A stretch of DNA of 64,000 nucleotides, from assembly GCA_963801445.1 (NCBI GenBank), contig CAWDEW010000013.1, positions 44,927-108,926 on the forward strand, read 5' to 3'. The translations under genes and the position numbers were made by a program. This DNA comes from an uncultured Chloroflexia bacterium. Lineage in GTDB: Bacteria > Chloroflexota > Limnocylindria > Limnocylindrales > CSP1-4. Under the pieces are notes generated by a model, which was not told where the DNA came from, searched no databases, and saw only the letters and a list, made by a program, of their open reading frames with translations. Positions 1 through 9,454 of the stretch are shown piece after piece; position 1 is the stretch's first letter; every line of letters starts with the position of its first letter.

Positions 1-338
1 GCGGGACGCGCAAGGGCGCGACGAATGAGCACAGCGACGACGGACCTCCGGCGGGAGCGCCGCCGGGTCTGCGGCGCGGGATCGAGGCTGGTTGAGGCGA
101 CCTGGGGCGGCCCCCTGTCGGTGGGGCCAGGGCCATCGTGGCCGACGCGGGCGCGCCTGGCGACGGCCCGGAGGTCGGGGGGACGCTGGCGCGATGGTCC
201 CGGTCGCCGAGCGCAGCGCGGCTGCCCGGCCCGGCACAGCCGGGGTGGCGCCCGGACCGTGCCCGGGTCCTCAGCCCTCCAGGTCGCGCCCGGCGCGGAC
301 GTCCCGAATGGCGCGCCGGTGGGGCGCCCCGAGGCCGG

Positions 339-1679
339 TCAGGCGCGCGGCAGGAGCAGGTCCGAGCCGATCGTCTCGCGCAGGGGCGGCGGGACGACGA
401 CCGAGCCATCGGGGCGCTGGTACGTCTCCAGGATGGCCGCCACGACGCGGGCCAGGGCCAGGCCGGAGCCGTTGAGCGTGTGCACGAGCTCCGGGCGGGC
501 GCCCGGGCCGGGCCGGTAGCGGATCGCCATCCGGCGGGCCTGGTAGTCCCGGAAGTTGGAGCAGGAGGAGACCTCCAGCCAGCGCTCCACGCCGGGCGCC
601 CAGACCTCGAGGTCGTACTTCCTGGCCTGCACGAAGCCCATGTCCCGGGTCGCCATGAGCAGCACCCGGTAGGCCAGCCCGAGGCGGCGCAGGAGGTCCT
701 CGGCCCGCCCGGTCATCCACTCGAGGGCAGCGCCGGAAGCCTCCGGCCGCTCGAACAGGACCATCTCCACCTTGTCGAACTGGTGGACCCGCAGGATTCC
801 CCGGGTGTCCTTGCCGGCCGCGCCCGCCTCGCGCCGGAAGCACGGCGTGTAGGCCGCGTAGCGCACCGGCAGCTCGTCGGCCTCGAAGATCTCGTCGCGG
901 TGGAGGTTCGTGACGGGCACCTCGGCCGTCGGGACCAGGTAGAGCTCGTCCCGAGTGACGACGTACATCTGGTCTTCCTTGTCCGGGATCTGTCCGGTGC
1001 CCCGGGCCGACGCCGCGTTCACGACCGCGGGTGGCCAGATCTCGGTGAACCCGTTCTCCCGCGTGTGGACGGCCAGGAAGAAGTCGATCAGGGCGCGCTG
1101 GAGAGCCGCTCCGGCGCCCCGGTAGACCGGGAAGCCGGAGCCCGCGATCTTGGCCCCGCGCTCGAGGTCCAGGATGCCCAGCCGCTCGGCGACGTCCCAG
1201 TGCGGCTTGCGCTCCCAGGTCTCGGGGCCGGCATCGGCGCCGACCTCGCCGCTGACGGGCACGATCCGGGGCAGCAGCTCGCCCCACGTCCGGACCGTGA
1301 CGTTGGCATCCGCGTCGCCGATGGGGACGTCCGGGTCGGCGGGATTCGGGATCCGGAGGAGCGCGTCCTCAAGCTCCGCCTCGACCTTCGCGATCTCCGC
1401 GTCGAGCTCCCCGATCCGCTCGCCGGCCCGGAGCGACGCCGCCCTGAGCTCGGCGACCTCCGGTCCACTCGGGGCAGCTCCGCCGCGAATCGCCTCCCCG
1501 ACCTGCCGAGAGGTCGCATTGCGCTGTGCCTTGAGGGAGTCCGCCTCGCCCAGCAGGGATCGACGCCGGGTGTCCAGGGCGATCGCGGCATCCACGAGGG
1601 ACGCATCCTCGCCCTTGTCGAGGGCGCCCTTGCGGATGACCTCGGGCTCCTCCCGGAGCCGCTGGAGCCCAACGCTCAT
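339..1679 (-). CDS. serS: seryl-tRNA synthetase (446 aa)
   Basis: C-terminal 446 aa of the 823-aa ORF 339..2810, with class II aaRS motifs (FRREAGAAGKDTRGILRVHQFDKVE, NGSGLALARV). The ATG at 1679 overlaps the lysK stop in an ATGA configuration. The upstream 377 aa of the ORF are Arg/Gly-rich high-GC read-through. Confidence 0.9.
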   Translation of the reverse strand: MSVGLQRLREEPEVIRKGALDKGEDASLVDAAIALDTRRRSLLGEADSLKAQRNATSRQVGEAIRGGAAPSGPEVAELRAASLRAGERIGELDAEIAKVEAELEDALLRIPNPADPDVPIGDADANVTVRTWGELLPRIVPVSGEVGADAGPETWERKPHWDVAERLGILDLERGAKIAGSGFPVYRGAGAALQRALIDFFLAVHTRENGFTEIWPPAVVNAASARGTGQIPDKEDQMYVVTRDELYLVPTAEVPVTNLHRDEIFEADELPVRYAAYTPCFRREAGAAGKDTRGILRVHQFDKVEMVLFERPEASGAALEWMTGRAEDLLRRLGLAYRVLLMATRDMGFVQARKYDLEVWAPGVERWLEVSSCSNFRDYQARRMAIRYRPGPGARPELVHTLNGSGLALARVVAAILETYQRPDGSVVVPPPLRETIGSDLLLPRA

Positions 1680-3319
1680 GACCCGCTCCCCGTTCCGTCC
1701 ACGCCGGCAGCCCCGGCCTGCCCATGATGACGCCAGCCGGCCGCCGCGCGCAGCCGCTCGACGACCAGGGCGCCGGGGAGGCTGGCCAGCAGCCAGCCCG
1801 CGCGCGGCCCGTTCGGGCGGCCGAGGAACGCGAGGTACAGGGCTCCGAACGCCCGCCCGGAGGGCAGGGCGGCGAGCCCGGCCACCTCGAAGATCAGGGC
1901 CTGCCACGCGTCGCCGGATTCCGGGATCGCCTTCTCCGCGACAGCGGCCAGCGCCCCCAGGTAGGCACGCTGATCTTCGCCGAGCGCCCGGGCCTCGTCG
2001 GGAAGGGCGTCCCGCCGGATCTCCAGGCGCGCGCGCTCCGGCGCATATGCCTCCAGCCAGGCACGCGCCGCGGCCAGCCGCGCGTCGAGCAGGGCCGACT
2101 CCGCGCCCGTCAGGGGGCTCCCCTTCTCCGCCGCGACGCGGGCCGGGATGTCCGTGCCGGGGATCTGGGCGAGCAAGGCCAGGTGTCCGAACGCCGGCCG
2201 GAACGCCTCCGCCGCGACGGCCGCGTCGGCGTCCGCGTCGAGGAGCGCGTACCGGAAGATGTGGCCGGCATCGGCAGGCAGCTCGCCCTTGACCTCGCGG
2301 CCGGCTGCGGCGTCGCCCAGCCGGTCGAACTCGTCGAAGAGCCGCGGGATGGCGTCCGTCCCCTCCGGGTCGAACTCGATGGCCTGGGTCGGGCGGGGCC
2401 GCAGGAAGAGGAGCCGGAGCTGCTCGGGCGGCACGACCTCCACGATGTGGTGGGCGGCAGCGCCGCGCCCCTTGGAGGTCGACATCTTGCGACCGCCGAT
2501 GTTCAGGAACTCGTAGGGCACGTTGCGCGGTGGCTCCCGGTCGAAGACCTCGCGGGCGATCGCGTCGGCCCGGTCGCGCGAGCCGCCCGCCGTCGCGAGA
2601 TCCTTCCCGTTCGGCTCGATCGTCACGCCGAAATGGCCCCACTGGGCAGCCCACTCGAGGTTCCAGTAGAGCTTGGCCCGTCCGCCGAACGGGGAGAGCC
2701 GGCCGGCGAAGCCGCAGCCGCGCGCCCACGTGACGTAGTCGGGCCGGCACTCGACGCGAACGGTCTCGCCGTCCCAGTCGAGCGCGATCGTCGTCCCCAC
2801 CCTGCCGCACGACGGGCAGACCGCCTGGACCGGCAGCCAGCCCGCGGGGCGTTCGACCTTCGAGACCTTCAGGTACAGGTCGCGGACCACCTGGGCGCGC
2901 TCGAGGGCCGTCCGGATGTAGGGATCCATGGCACCCGTCGGGTAGATGTCGCTCATCCAGTAGTAGCGGTCGGGACTGATCCCGAGTCCGTCGAACAGGT
3001 CGATGAACGTCTGGGCGTGGTGGCGCGCGTACGAGGCGTGACAGTCGCCGACCTGGTCCGGCACCTGGGCCAGCGGGCGACCCATCTCGTGCTCGACGGA
3101 ATTGGGCGTGAGGAGCGCCTGGGCGTCCATCGGGTCCATGTCGTCCACGCCGTACAGGAGCGTGGTCGGAATGCCGTGCGCGCGCAGGGCCCGGGTGATC
3201 ACGTCCAGGATGACCGGGCCGCGCAGGCTCCCGACGTGCACGGTCCCGGAGGGCGTCTTCGAGTCGTTGACGACCTGCGGCCCATCGACCGACGCGGCGA
3301 GCTCGTCCGCCCAGTACAT
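1676..3319 (-). CDS. lysK: class I (archaeal-type) lysyl-tRNA synthetase
   Basis: 547-aa ORF. The N-terminus MYWADELA..PSGTVHVGSLRG aligns with the Pyrococcus-type class I LysRS HIGH-like region. A KMSTSKG (KMSKS) motif is present. Confidence 0.8.
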   Translation of the reverse strand: MYWADELAASVDGPQVVNDSKTPSGTVHVGSLRGPVILDVITRALRAHGIPTTLLYGVDDMDPMDAQALLTPNSVEHEMGRPLAQVPDQVGDCHASYARHHAQTFIDLFDGLGISPDRYYWMSDIYPTGAMDPYIRTALERAQVVRDLYLKVSKVERPAGWLPVQAVCPSCGRVGTTIALDWDGETVRVECRPDYVTWARGCGFAGRLSPFGGRAKLYWNLEWAAQWGHFGVTIEPNGKDLATAGGSRDRADAIAREVFDREPPRNVPYEFLNIGGRKMSTSKGRGAAAHHIVEVVPPEQLRLLFLRPRPTQAIEFDPEGTDAIPRLFDEFDRLGDAAAGREVKGELPADAGHIFRYALLDADADAAVAAEAFRPAFGHLALLAQIPGTDIPARVAAEKGSPLTGAESALLDARLAAARAWLEAYAPERARLEIRRDALPDEARALGEDQRAYLGALAAVAEKAIPESGDAWQALIFEVAGLAALPSGRAFGALYLAFLGRPNGPRAGWLLASLPGALVVERLRAAAGWRHHGQAGAAGVDGTGSGS

Positions 3320-3394
3320 CGCGCTGTCCTCACCTTCCTGCGCCGGGCGGGGGCCGCCGCGGCGGCCCGGCCCCGGCGACCGGGGGCGGGCGAT

Positions 3395-3859
3395 TCAGCT
3401 GATCTTCTTGACCGTGTACGAGAAGTCCGACCCGTTGGGGAGGCGGACGGCGACCGACTCGCCGATCTTGCGCCCGATCAGGGCGCGCCCGACGGGCGAC
3501 TCGTTGGAGATCTTGCCCTCGGCCGGCCGCGCCTCGGCGGATCCCACGATCGTGAAGGTCTCGGCACCGCCCTCGCTCTCGACCTCGACGGTCGAGCCGA
3601 TGGCCACGTGCTCCGTGCCCGTGGCCTCGATGCGGACGGCCGTCTTGAGCATGCCCTCGAGCGTCTGGATCCGACCCTCCACGAAGGCCTGCTCGTTCTT
3701 CGCTTCTTCGTACTCGGCGTTCTCGGAAAGGTCGCCGTGCTGCTTGGCGTCGTGGATCCGCGCAGCGACCTCCGCGCGGCGGGCGCCGACAAGCTGCTCC
3801 AGCTCCAGGCGGAGCGTGGCCTCGCCTTCGCTCGAAAGGTACGTGGGCTTGCTGTTCAC
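3395..3859 (-). CDS. greA: transcription elongation factor GreA (154 aa, GTG start)
   Basis: VNSKPTYLSSEGEATLRLELEQL... aligns with GreA N-terminal coiled-coil and C-terminal FKBP-like domains. The ORF-track ATG at 3988 lies inside the predicted -10 hexamer, so the GTG at 3859 was chosen. Confidence 0.8.
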   Translation of the reverse strand: MNSKPTYLSSEGEATLRLELEQLVGARRAEVAARIHDAKQHGDLSENAEYEEAKNEQAFVEGRIQTLEGMLKTAVRIEATGTEHVAIGSTVEVESEGGAETFTIVGSAEARPAEGKISNESPVGRALIGRKIGESVAVRLPNGSDFSYTVKKIS

Positions 3860-3985
3860 TGGGCGGACCAAACCCCTTTCGGGCTCCCACGGGGCGCACC
3901 GTGGGCGGGCGCAGGGCCCGCGAAGGAAGGACTCCGAGGCGCTCCCCCCGCCGGAGCGGGCGCGTCCGACGTCTGGATCGGCGCG

Positions 3986-4015
3986 CATGGTAAGCCCGCC
4001 GGGAGTCGAGTGTCA
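3986..4015 (-). promoter_or_regulatory. sigma70/SigA-like promoter for greA (TTGACA-N18-TACCAT)
   Basis: The minus strand reads TTGACActcgactcccggcgggctTACCAT, about 125 nt upstream of the greA GTG. Confidence 0.4.
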
Positions 4016-4057
4016 AAGCGGAGCGCGCCGGCGATGGCCGCCCGACCGACCCTCGGG

Positions 4058-4600
4058 TCAGACGGTGCCCCGGCCGTCGGTCCCGACCAGGGGCTCGACC
4101 GTCGCTCCGACCCGGGCGTCGCTCGCGTCCGCGGGGTTGTCGGCGCCTTCGCCGGCCTCGAATCGCTCCAGGTGCGTGCGGTAGTCAGGCAGGAGCCGCT
4201 CGTAGGGACCGGTCATCAGCGGGGAGGAGATGATGAAATCCGCGCTGGCGCGGTCGCAGGCCACCGGGATGTTCCAGACGACCGCGACCCGGAGGAGCGC
4301 CTTCACGTCCGGATCGTGGGGCTGTGCCTCCAGGGGATCCCAGAAGAAGATCAGGACGTCGATCTCGCCGCTCGCGATCTTCGCTCCCAGCTGGAGGTCG
4401 CCACCCAGAGGGCCGGAACGGAGTCGCGAGACCTCCACCCCCAGCTCGCGGGCGAGGATCGCCCCTGTCGTGCCCGTCGCCCACAGGTCGTGGCCCTTCA
4501 GCAGCTCGAGATTGAAGCGGGCCCATTCGACCAGGTCCTGCTTCTTGCCGTCGTGGGCAACCAGGCCGATCCGCTTGCGCGGCTCGAGCTCGTCATGCAT
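4058..4600 (-). CDS. mgsA: methylglyoxal synthase
   Basis: RIGLVAHDGKKQDLVEW...ATGTTG..IDVLIFFWDPL motifs are typical of MgsA. Confidence 0.8.
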   Translation of the reverse strand: MHDELEPRKRIGLVAHDGKKQDLVEWARFNLELLKGHDLWATGTTGAILARELGVEVSRLRSGPLGGDLQLGAKIASGEIDVLIFFWDPLEAQPHDPDVKALLRVAVVWNIPVACDRASADFIISSPLMTGPYERLLPDYRTHLERFEAGEGADNPADASDARVGATVEPLVGTDGRGTV

Positions 4601-4639
4601 GGCATCCTCGCTGCTTCGGCCGGGCTCGTCGCGGCCCGG

Positions 4640-5005
4640 TCAGGTCGACCTGAATCGCCCCACCCGCATGAACCTCCCGGCGACGGTTCGCTCCATGGGC
4701 GCGACCGCGGTCACCGCGCCGAGCGGGAGCGTCCCGTAGACGTGCGGGTAGAGGCACGCCGGGTCGTCATAGCGCCAGGGCACGTCGAGCGCGCCCAGGT
4801 CGAGCTCCAGGACCACGTACGATCCCGGCTCGGCCGCGTAGTGGCGATTCGCCACGACCACCATCTCCTCCGCCCCGTCCGTGCAATGCACGAACCCTTC
4901 CTCGGCGAATCCGTCGGGCTCCCGGCGGGTGCCGGGCGGGGCCGCTCGCCACGCTTCCCAGGCGGCGGCAGGGAGGAGGTGAAGGGTCCGGTGGGCGTCG
5001 TCCAT
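4640..5005 (-). CDS. DUF952 family protein
   Basis: 121 aa with EGFVHCTDGAEEMVVVANRHY, typical of DUF952. Confidence 0.55.
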   Translation of the reverse strand: MDDAHRTLHLLPAAAWEAWRAAPPGTRREPDGFAEEGFVHCTDGAEEMVVVANRHYAAEPGSYVVLELDLGALDVPWRYDDPACLYPHVYGTLPLGAVTAVAPMERTVAGRFMRVGRFRST

Positions 5006-5384
5006 GGCCCCTCATTCTGCGCCCACCCGCGCCGGGGTGGCGGACCGGCGTCCCATGGCGCGGACCCGCGACGCAGAGCCAGGGTCCGCAGGTTGCGGCG
5101 CGGGCGCGGTCCGGTGGCGGCGCCGGTCAAGCCGGGGTGGGCCCGGGCCCGGCCGACGAGCGCGGGAGAGCCCGGGGCCGGGTACCACCCCGCAACCCAA
5201 GCGACCCCGTGACGGCCTTGAGATCGAGCCGATCGGAGGCACGATGAAGGCGACGGCCCACCCGGGCCGCCCGCGCGAACACCGACGCGGCCTCGCGGCC
5301 GCTCTCACCGGCGGCCTCGCGGTCGCTCGCCCGGAACCTCACGCGGCCCCCGCCGGGGCCGCCGCCACAACTGGAGTCACCCCA

Positions 5385-5489
5385 TGTCCTCGCTCGCCTT
5401 CGGCGCCCTCGTGGTCGTCACGTTCACCGCCGCGTACGCGGCGCCGTTCGTGGCCTGGAGCATCCTGCGGCGCTCCGGGCGCCGCTGAC
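5385..5489 (+). CDS. possible small hydrophobic peptide (34 aa)
   Basis: GGAG sits 7 nt upstream of the ATG. The product MSSLAFGALVVVTFTAAYAAPFVAWSILRRSGRR has one predicted TM helix plus a basic tail. Not in the ORF track (under 60 aa); speculative. Confidence 0.2.
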
Positions 5490-5542
5490 CTGCGCGCGCG
5501 GGCGGGCTTCCCGTCCCGCGCCGCCCCCCATCCCTCGGCGGG

Positions 5543-6007
5543 CTATCCCTCGGCGAGGCGGGCCAGACGGACCCGCAGGCGGCGCAGGGCGGCTCGGTCC
5601 GGGCAGGCGATGAAGCAGGTGTCGTCACCGGCCAGCGTGCCCACCGCCTCGGGCCAACGGGCCCGGTCCAGGGCCGCCGCGATGGCGTGGGCCGAGCCCG
5701 GGAGGGTCACCAGGACCAGGAGGTGGTCGGCCTCGCGGATCTCCACGGGCAGGTCCCGGAAGAGCCTCCGGAGCCGCTCCTCGCCGGTCGGGTCGTCGGC
5801 CAGGCGGGGCGGAAGGGCGTAGACCGCGGCCCCCTCGCGCTGCACCTTCTGCAGCTGGAGCTCCGCGATGTCCCGGCTGATCGTCGCCTGCGTCGCCCGG
5901 AAGCCCAGGTCGCGCAGGGCGCTCGCCAGCTCCTGCTGCGTCCGGATCGCGCGACGCTCGACGAGGTCGCGGATCGCCCGCTGGCGAAGCTGCTTCATGA
6001 CCTCCAT
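5543..6007 (-). CDS. argR: arginine repressor
   Basis: 154 aa with an N-terminal winged-helix (QQELASALRDLGFRATQATISRDIAEL) and a C-terminal ArgR oligomerisation domain with GDDT. Confidence 0.85.
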   Translation of the reverse strand: MEVMKQLRQRAIRDLVERRAIRTQQELASALRDLGFRATQATISRDIAELQLQKVQREGAAVYALPPRLADDPTGEERLRRLFRDLPVEIREADHLLVLVTLPGSAHAIAAALDRARWPEAVGTLAGDDTCFIACPDRAALRRLRVRLARLAEG

Positions 6008-6034
6008 GGCCGCCCTCCGGGTCGGGTCGCCGCC

Positions 6035-6862
6035 CTAGACGGCGAGGAAGACGACGAGCACCAGCGCGGCGAGCGCCAGCCGGTAGGCCACGAAGAGTGT
6101 CACCGGGTGGGTGCGCAGGTAGCGCAGCAGCACGTGGATCGCGAGGAAGCCCGAGACGACCGCGGCAACGAAGCCGACGCCCATCGCCCCCACGTTCGCT
6201 CCACCCCCCGCGCCTCCGACGACCTTGCGGAGCTCGAAGACGCCGGCCCCGGCGATGATCGGGGCGGCCATGAGGAACGAGAAGCGCGCCGCCGCCTCGC
6301 GGGTCAGCCCCAGGCCGAGGCCCGCGGCGATGCTGATGCCGGACCGGCTGATGCCCGGGACGAGGGCCAGGGCCTGGGCGCAGCCGACCGCGAACGCGCC
6401 GACGAACCCAAGCTCGCCGATCTCCCGGTGCTTCGAGCCCACCCGCTCGGCGAGCCACAGGATGCCGCCCCCCAGCACCATCATCGCCGCGACGAGGAGG
6501 GGCTGGCGGACCGTCGTCTCGAAGAAGTCGTTGAGCAGGACCCCCAGGACGACGGCCGGGGGCATGGTGGCCACGATCAGCCAGGCGAGGCGCCGGTCGG
6601 CGTCTCCCCGGAAGGATCGGTCGCGCAGCGTCGCGAGCCCGGCCGGGATCAGCCGTGCCCAGTCGCGCCAGAAGTAGGCGAGCAGCGCGACCAGCGTCCC
6701 CATGTGGACCATCACGCCGAACTCGAGCGACGTGATGAAGGGATCGTGCCAGCCAAAGAGCCAGGGAACGATGATGAGGTGGCCGGAGGACGAGATCGGC
6801 AGGAACTCGGTCAGTCCCTGGACGAGCCCGATGACCAGCGCCTGGAACAGGATCTCCATCAA
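6035..6862 (-). CDS. uppP: undecaprenyl-diphosphatase (BacA/UppP)
   Basis: Starts MMEILFQALVIGLVQGLTEFLPISSSGHL; multi-TM; PGISRSG motif. Confidence 0.9.
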   Translation of the reverse strand: MMEILFQALVIGLVQGLTEFLPISSSGHLIIVPWLFGWHDPFITSLEFGVMVHMGTLVALLAYFWRDWARLIPAGLATLRDRSFRGDADRRLAWLIVATMPPAVVLGVLLNDFFETTVRQPLLVAAMMVLGGGILWLAERVGSKHREIGELGFVGAFAVGCAQALALVPGISRSGISIAAGLGLGLTREAAARFSFLMAAPIIAGAGVFELRKVVGGAGGGANVGAMGVGFVAAVVSGFLAIHVLLRYLRTHPVTLFVAYRLALAALVLVVFLAV

Positions 6863-6912
6863 ATGGTGCGGCGGGCCGGCCCCAGGGGCGCGGCCCGCCG
6901 ATCTCCTCCCAG

Positions 6913-9138
6913 CTAGCGGATGAACAGGGGGGCGAGGACGAGGGTGATGGTCGCCAGCAGCTTCACGAGGACGTGGAGCGACGGGCCGGCCGTGTCCTTG
7001 AACGGGTCACCCACGGTGTCCCCGACGACGGCCGCGGCATGGGCGTCCGAGCCCTTGCCCAGGACGTTCCCCTTGTCGTCCTTGAGGTGACCCGATTCGA
7101 TGTACTTCTTGGCGTTGTCCCACGCCCCGCCCCCGTTGTTCAGGACCGTGGCCAGGAGGACGCCGGCGATCGTGCCGACCATGAGCATGCCGGCGACCGC
7201 CTCGTAGCCCAGGAGCAGGCCAACGGCGATCGGGGTGGCCACCGCGACCAGCCCGGGCGCGACCATCTCGCGCAGTGCCGCCCGGGTCGTGATGTCCACG
7301 ACGCGCGCGTAGTCGGGCTTCTGCTCGTAGGTCATGATCCCGGGCATCTCCCGGAACTGCCGGCGCACCTCGAAGATGATCGCGCCGGCCGTCTTGCCCA
7401 CCGCCCGGATGGCCAGCGAGCTGAAGAAGTAGACGAGCATCGAGGCGATGAGGGCCGCGATGAACACGTTGACGTTCTCGAGGTTCACCGACGTCATGAG
7501 CGTGACGCCGTCCTTGCCCGCGGCGATCTGGCGGCCAAGGATCAGGTTGACCTTGTCGATGTAGGCATTGAACAGGAGGAAGGCAGCCAGCGAGGCGGAC
7601 GCGATCGCGTACCCCTTGGTGAGCGCCTTCGTCGTGTTGCCGACCGCGTCGAGACGGTCCGTGATCTCCCGGGCATGCGCCTCGGCGCCGCTGAACTCCG
7701 CGATGCCGCCGGCGTTGTCGGTGATCGGGCCGAACGTGTCCATGGCCAGGATGTAGGCGGTGGTCATGAGCATGCCCATGGTCGCCACCGCAGTTCCGAA
7801 GATGCCGCCCACGTTGCGGCCCGCGGCATCCGTCAGGCCGGCCTGCGCGCCGAACCAGTGGCTGAGGAAGAGGGCGATCCCGATCGTGACCGCGGTCACG
7901 AATGTCGTCTCGTAGCCGACCGCCGTGCCGATGATGATGTTCGTGGCCGGGCCGGTCTTGCTGGCCTCGGCGATCTCCTTCACCGGGCGGAAGGTCCCGG
8001 CCGTGTAGTACTGGGTGATGTAGACGAAGGCGACGCTGGTGGCGAGGCCGACCACGCCAGCCCCGAAGAACCAGATCCAGGTCGGAATGCCATTGGCGCC
8101 CGTCTGGCTGCCCGTCTGCATCATCACGTTCGTCACGAAGGCGAGCGAGATGACCGACAGGATCGTCGTGACCCAGTAGCCGCGGTTGAGGATGTTCATG
8201 GGATTCTCGTCCTCGCGGCCGCGGACGAAGTACATCGCGACGATCGTCGAGAGCAGCCCGAACGAGCGCACCACGAGCGGGAAGAAGATCCAGGCTTCGG
8301 GGTTGGACCAGCCCGCCTTCTGGGCGACGATGTAGACGCCGACGCCGAGGATCATGGCGCCGATGTTCTCCGCCGCCGTGGACTCGAAGAGATCGGCCCC
8401 GCGGCCCGCGCAGTCACCGACGTTGTCGCCGACGAGGTCGGCGATGACGCCCGCGTTCCGCGGGTCATCCTCCGGGATGCCCTTCTCGACCTTGCCGACG
8501 AGGTCGGAGCCAACGTCGGCGGCCTTCGTGTAGATGCCGCCGCCGAGCTGCGCGAAGAGCGCCACGAAGCTGGCGCCGAACCCGTATCCGACGATCAGGA
8601 AGGGCGCCTCCTTGACCGTCTGTGCGGTAAGGCCCCCGAAGGCGACGAACATGAGATAGACGCCGAGAAGGGACAGCGCCACGACGAGGAAGCCGGAGAC
8701 GGCGCCACCACGCATCGCGACCTGGACCGCCTCGACCAGGCTGCGCCGGGCCGCGGCGGCGGTCCGGACGTTCGCCTTCACGCTGATGAACATGCCGATG
8801 ATCCCGGAGGCCATCGAGCAGGCCGCACCGACGAGGAACGCGATCCCGGTCCGGATGCCGAGCTCGGGCCCGAAGACGCTCGTGTCGGCGACGTTGGCCG
8901 TCTCGAACGCGGAGATCAGGATTGCGATCCCCACGGCGCCGACGAGGGCGAGGATCGCGATCGTCGAGTACTGGCGCTTGATGAACGCGACGGCTCCTTC
9001 GAAGATCGTCGCTGCGACGGCCTCCATCTCCTTCGTGCCGGTGTCGCGCCGGAGCACGTCCCGGGCGAGATAGAGCGCGAAGGCCACGGCGATGAGCCCC
9101 GCCGGGAGGATGATCAGCTGGAGAAGGCTCGGATCCAC
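6913..9138 (-). CDS. hppA: membrane-bound H+-translocating pyrophosphatase, predicted K+-independent
   Basis: 741-aa polytopic protein with GNTTKALTKGYAIASA (Lys at the K+-dependence position) and DNVGDCAGRGADLFES motifs. Confidence 0.9.
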   Translation of the reverse strand: MDPSLLQLIILPAGLIAVAFALYLARDVLRRDTGTKEMEAVAATIFEGAVAFIKRQYSTIAILALVGAVGIAILISAFETANVADTSVFGPELGIRTGIAFLVGAACSMASGIIGMFISVKANVRTAAAARRSLVEAVQVAMRGGAVSGFLVVALSLLGVYLMFVAFGGLTAQTVKEAPFLIVGYGFGASFVALFAQLGGGIYTKAADVGSDLVGKVEKGIPEDDPRNAGVIADLVGDNVGDCAGRGADLFESTAAENIGAMILGVGVYIVAQKAGWSNPEAWIFFPLVVRSFGLLSTIVAMYFVRGREDENPMNILNRGYWVTTILSVISLAFVTNVMMQTGSQTGANGIPTWIWFFGAGVVGLATSVAFVYITQYYTAGTFRPVKEIAEASKTGPATNIIIGTAVGYETTFVTAVTIGIALFLSHWFGAQAGLTDAAGRNVGGIFGTAVATMGMLMTTAYILAMDTFGPITDNAGGIAEFSGAEAHAREITDRLDAVGNTTKALTKGYAIASASLAAFLLFNAYIDKVNLILGRQIAAGKDGVTLMTSVNLENVNVFIAALIASMLVYFFSSLAIRAVGKTAGAIIFEVRRQFREMPGIMTYEQKPDYARVVDITTRAALREMVAPGLVAVATPIAVGLLLGYEAVAGMLMVGTIAGVLLATVLNNGGGAWDNAKKYIESGHLKDDKGNVLGKGSDAHAAAVVGDTVGDPFKDTAGPSLHVLVKLLATITLVLAPLFIR

Positions 9139-9454
9139 GGCGTGTGCAGTCCCTCCTGGTCGGACGCGAACGATTCCCGAGGCACGGCGATCGTGCCGTG
9201 CATCATCACCGGGTTCGCCTGGGCTCGGAGTCCCTTCTTCAGGGGCGGGTCTCTCGTTCGAACAGGCCGCCGGGAGTGTACCGTCCGGCGCGCGCGAGGG
9301 TCAATCTGCATATCGGACCCGGATATGCAGCCGGGCGGCCCTCCGATCGCTGCTCGTGCGATGCACGCCGTTGCGGCGCCGATCCGGCCGGGCGGCCGCC
9401 GTTCGCGGGCACCCTGGGGCGGTGCCGCACGGGAGCCCCTATACTGCCGGACTT

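Noticed and set aside
3860-3988. ATG at 3988 (the ORF-track start) as the greA start
   Set aside because: That ATG lies within the predicted -10 hexamer TACCAT. The GTG at 3859 gives a 154-aa GreA matching the canonical N-terminus.
1724-5212. Very long alternative-frame ORFs (e.g. 1724..5212 at 1162 aa, 9714..13100 at 1128 aa, 37860..40892 at 1010 aa, 138..1727, 25740..28280)
   Set aside because: Their products are Arg/Gly/Pro/Ala-rich low-complexity sequences lying antisense to or out of frame with well-supported genes. They are the expected stop-codon-poor frames of 72% GC DNA.
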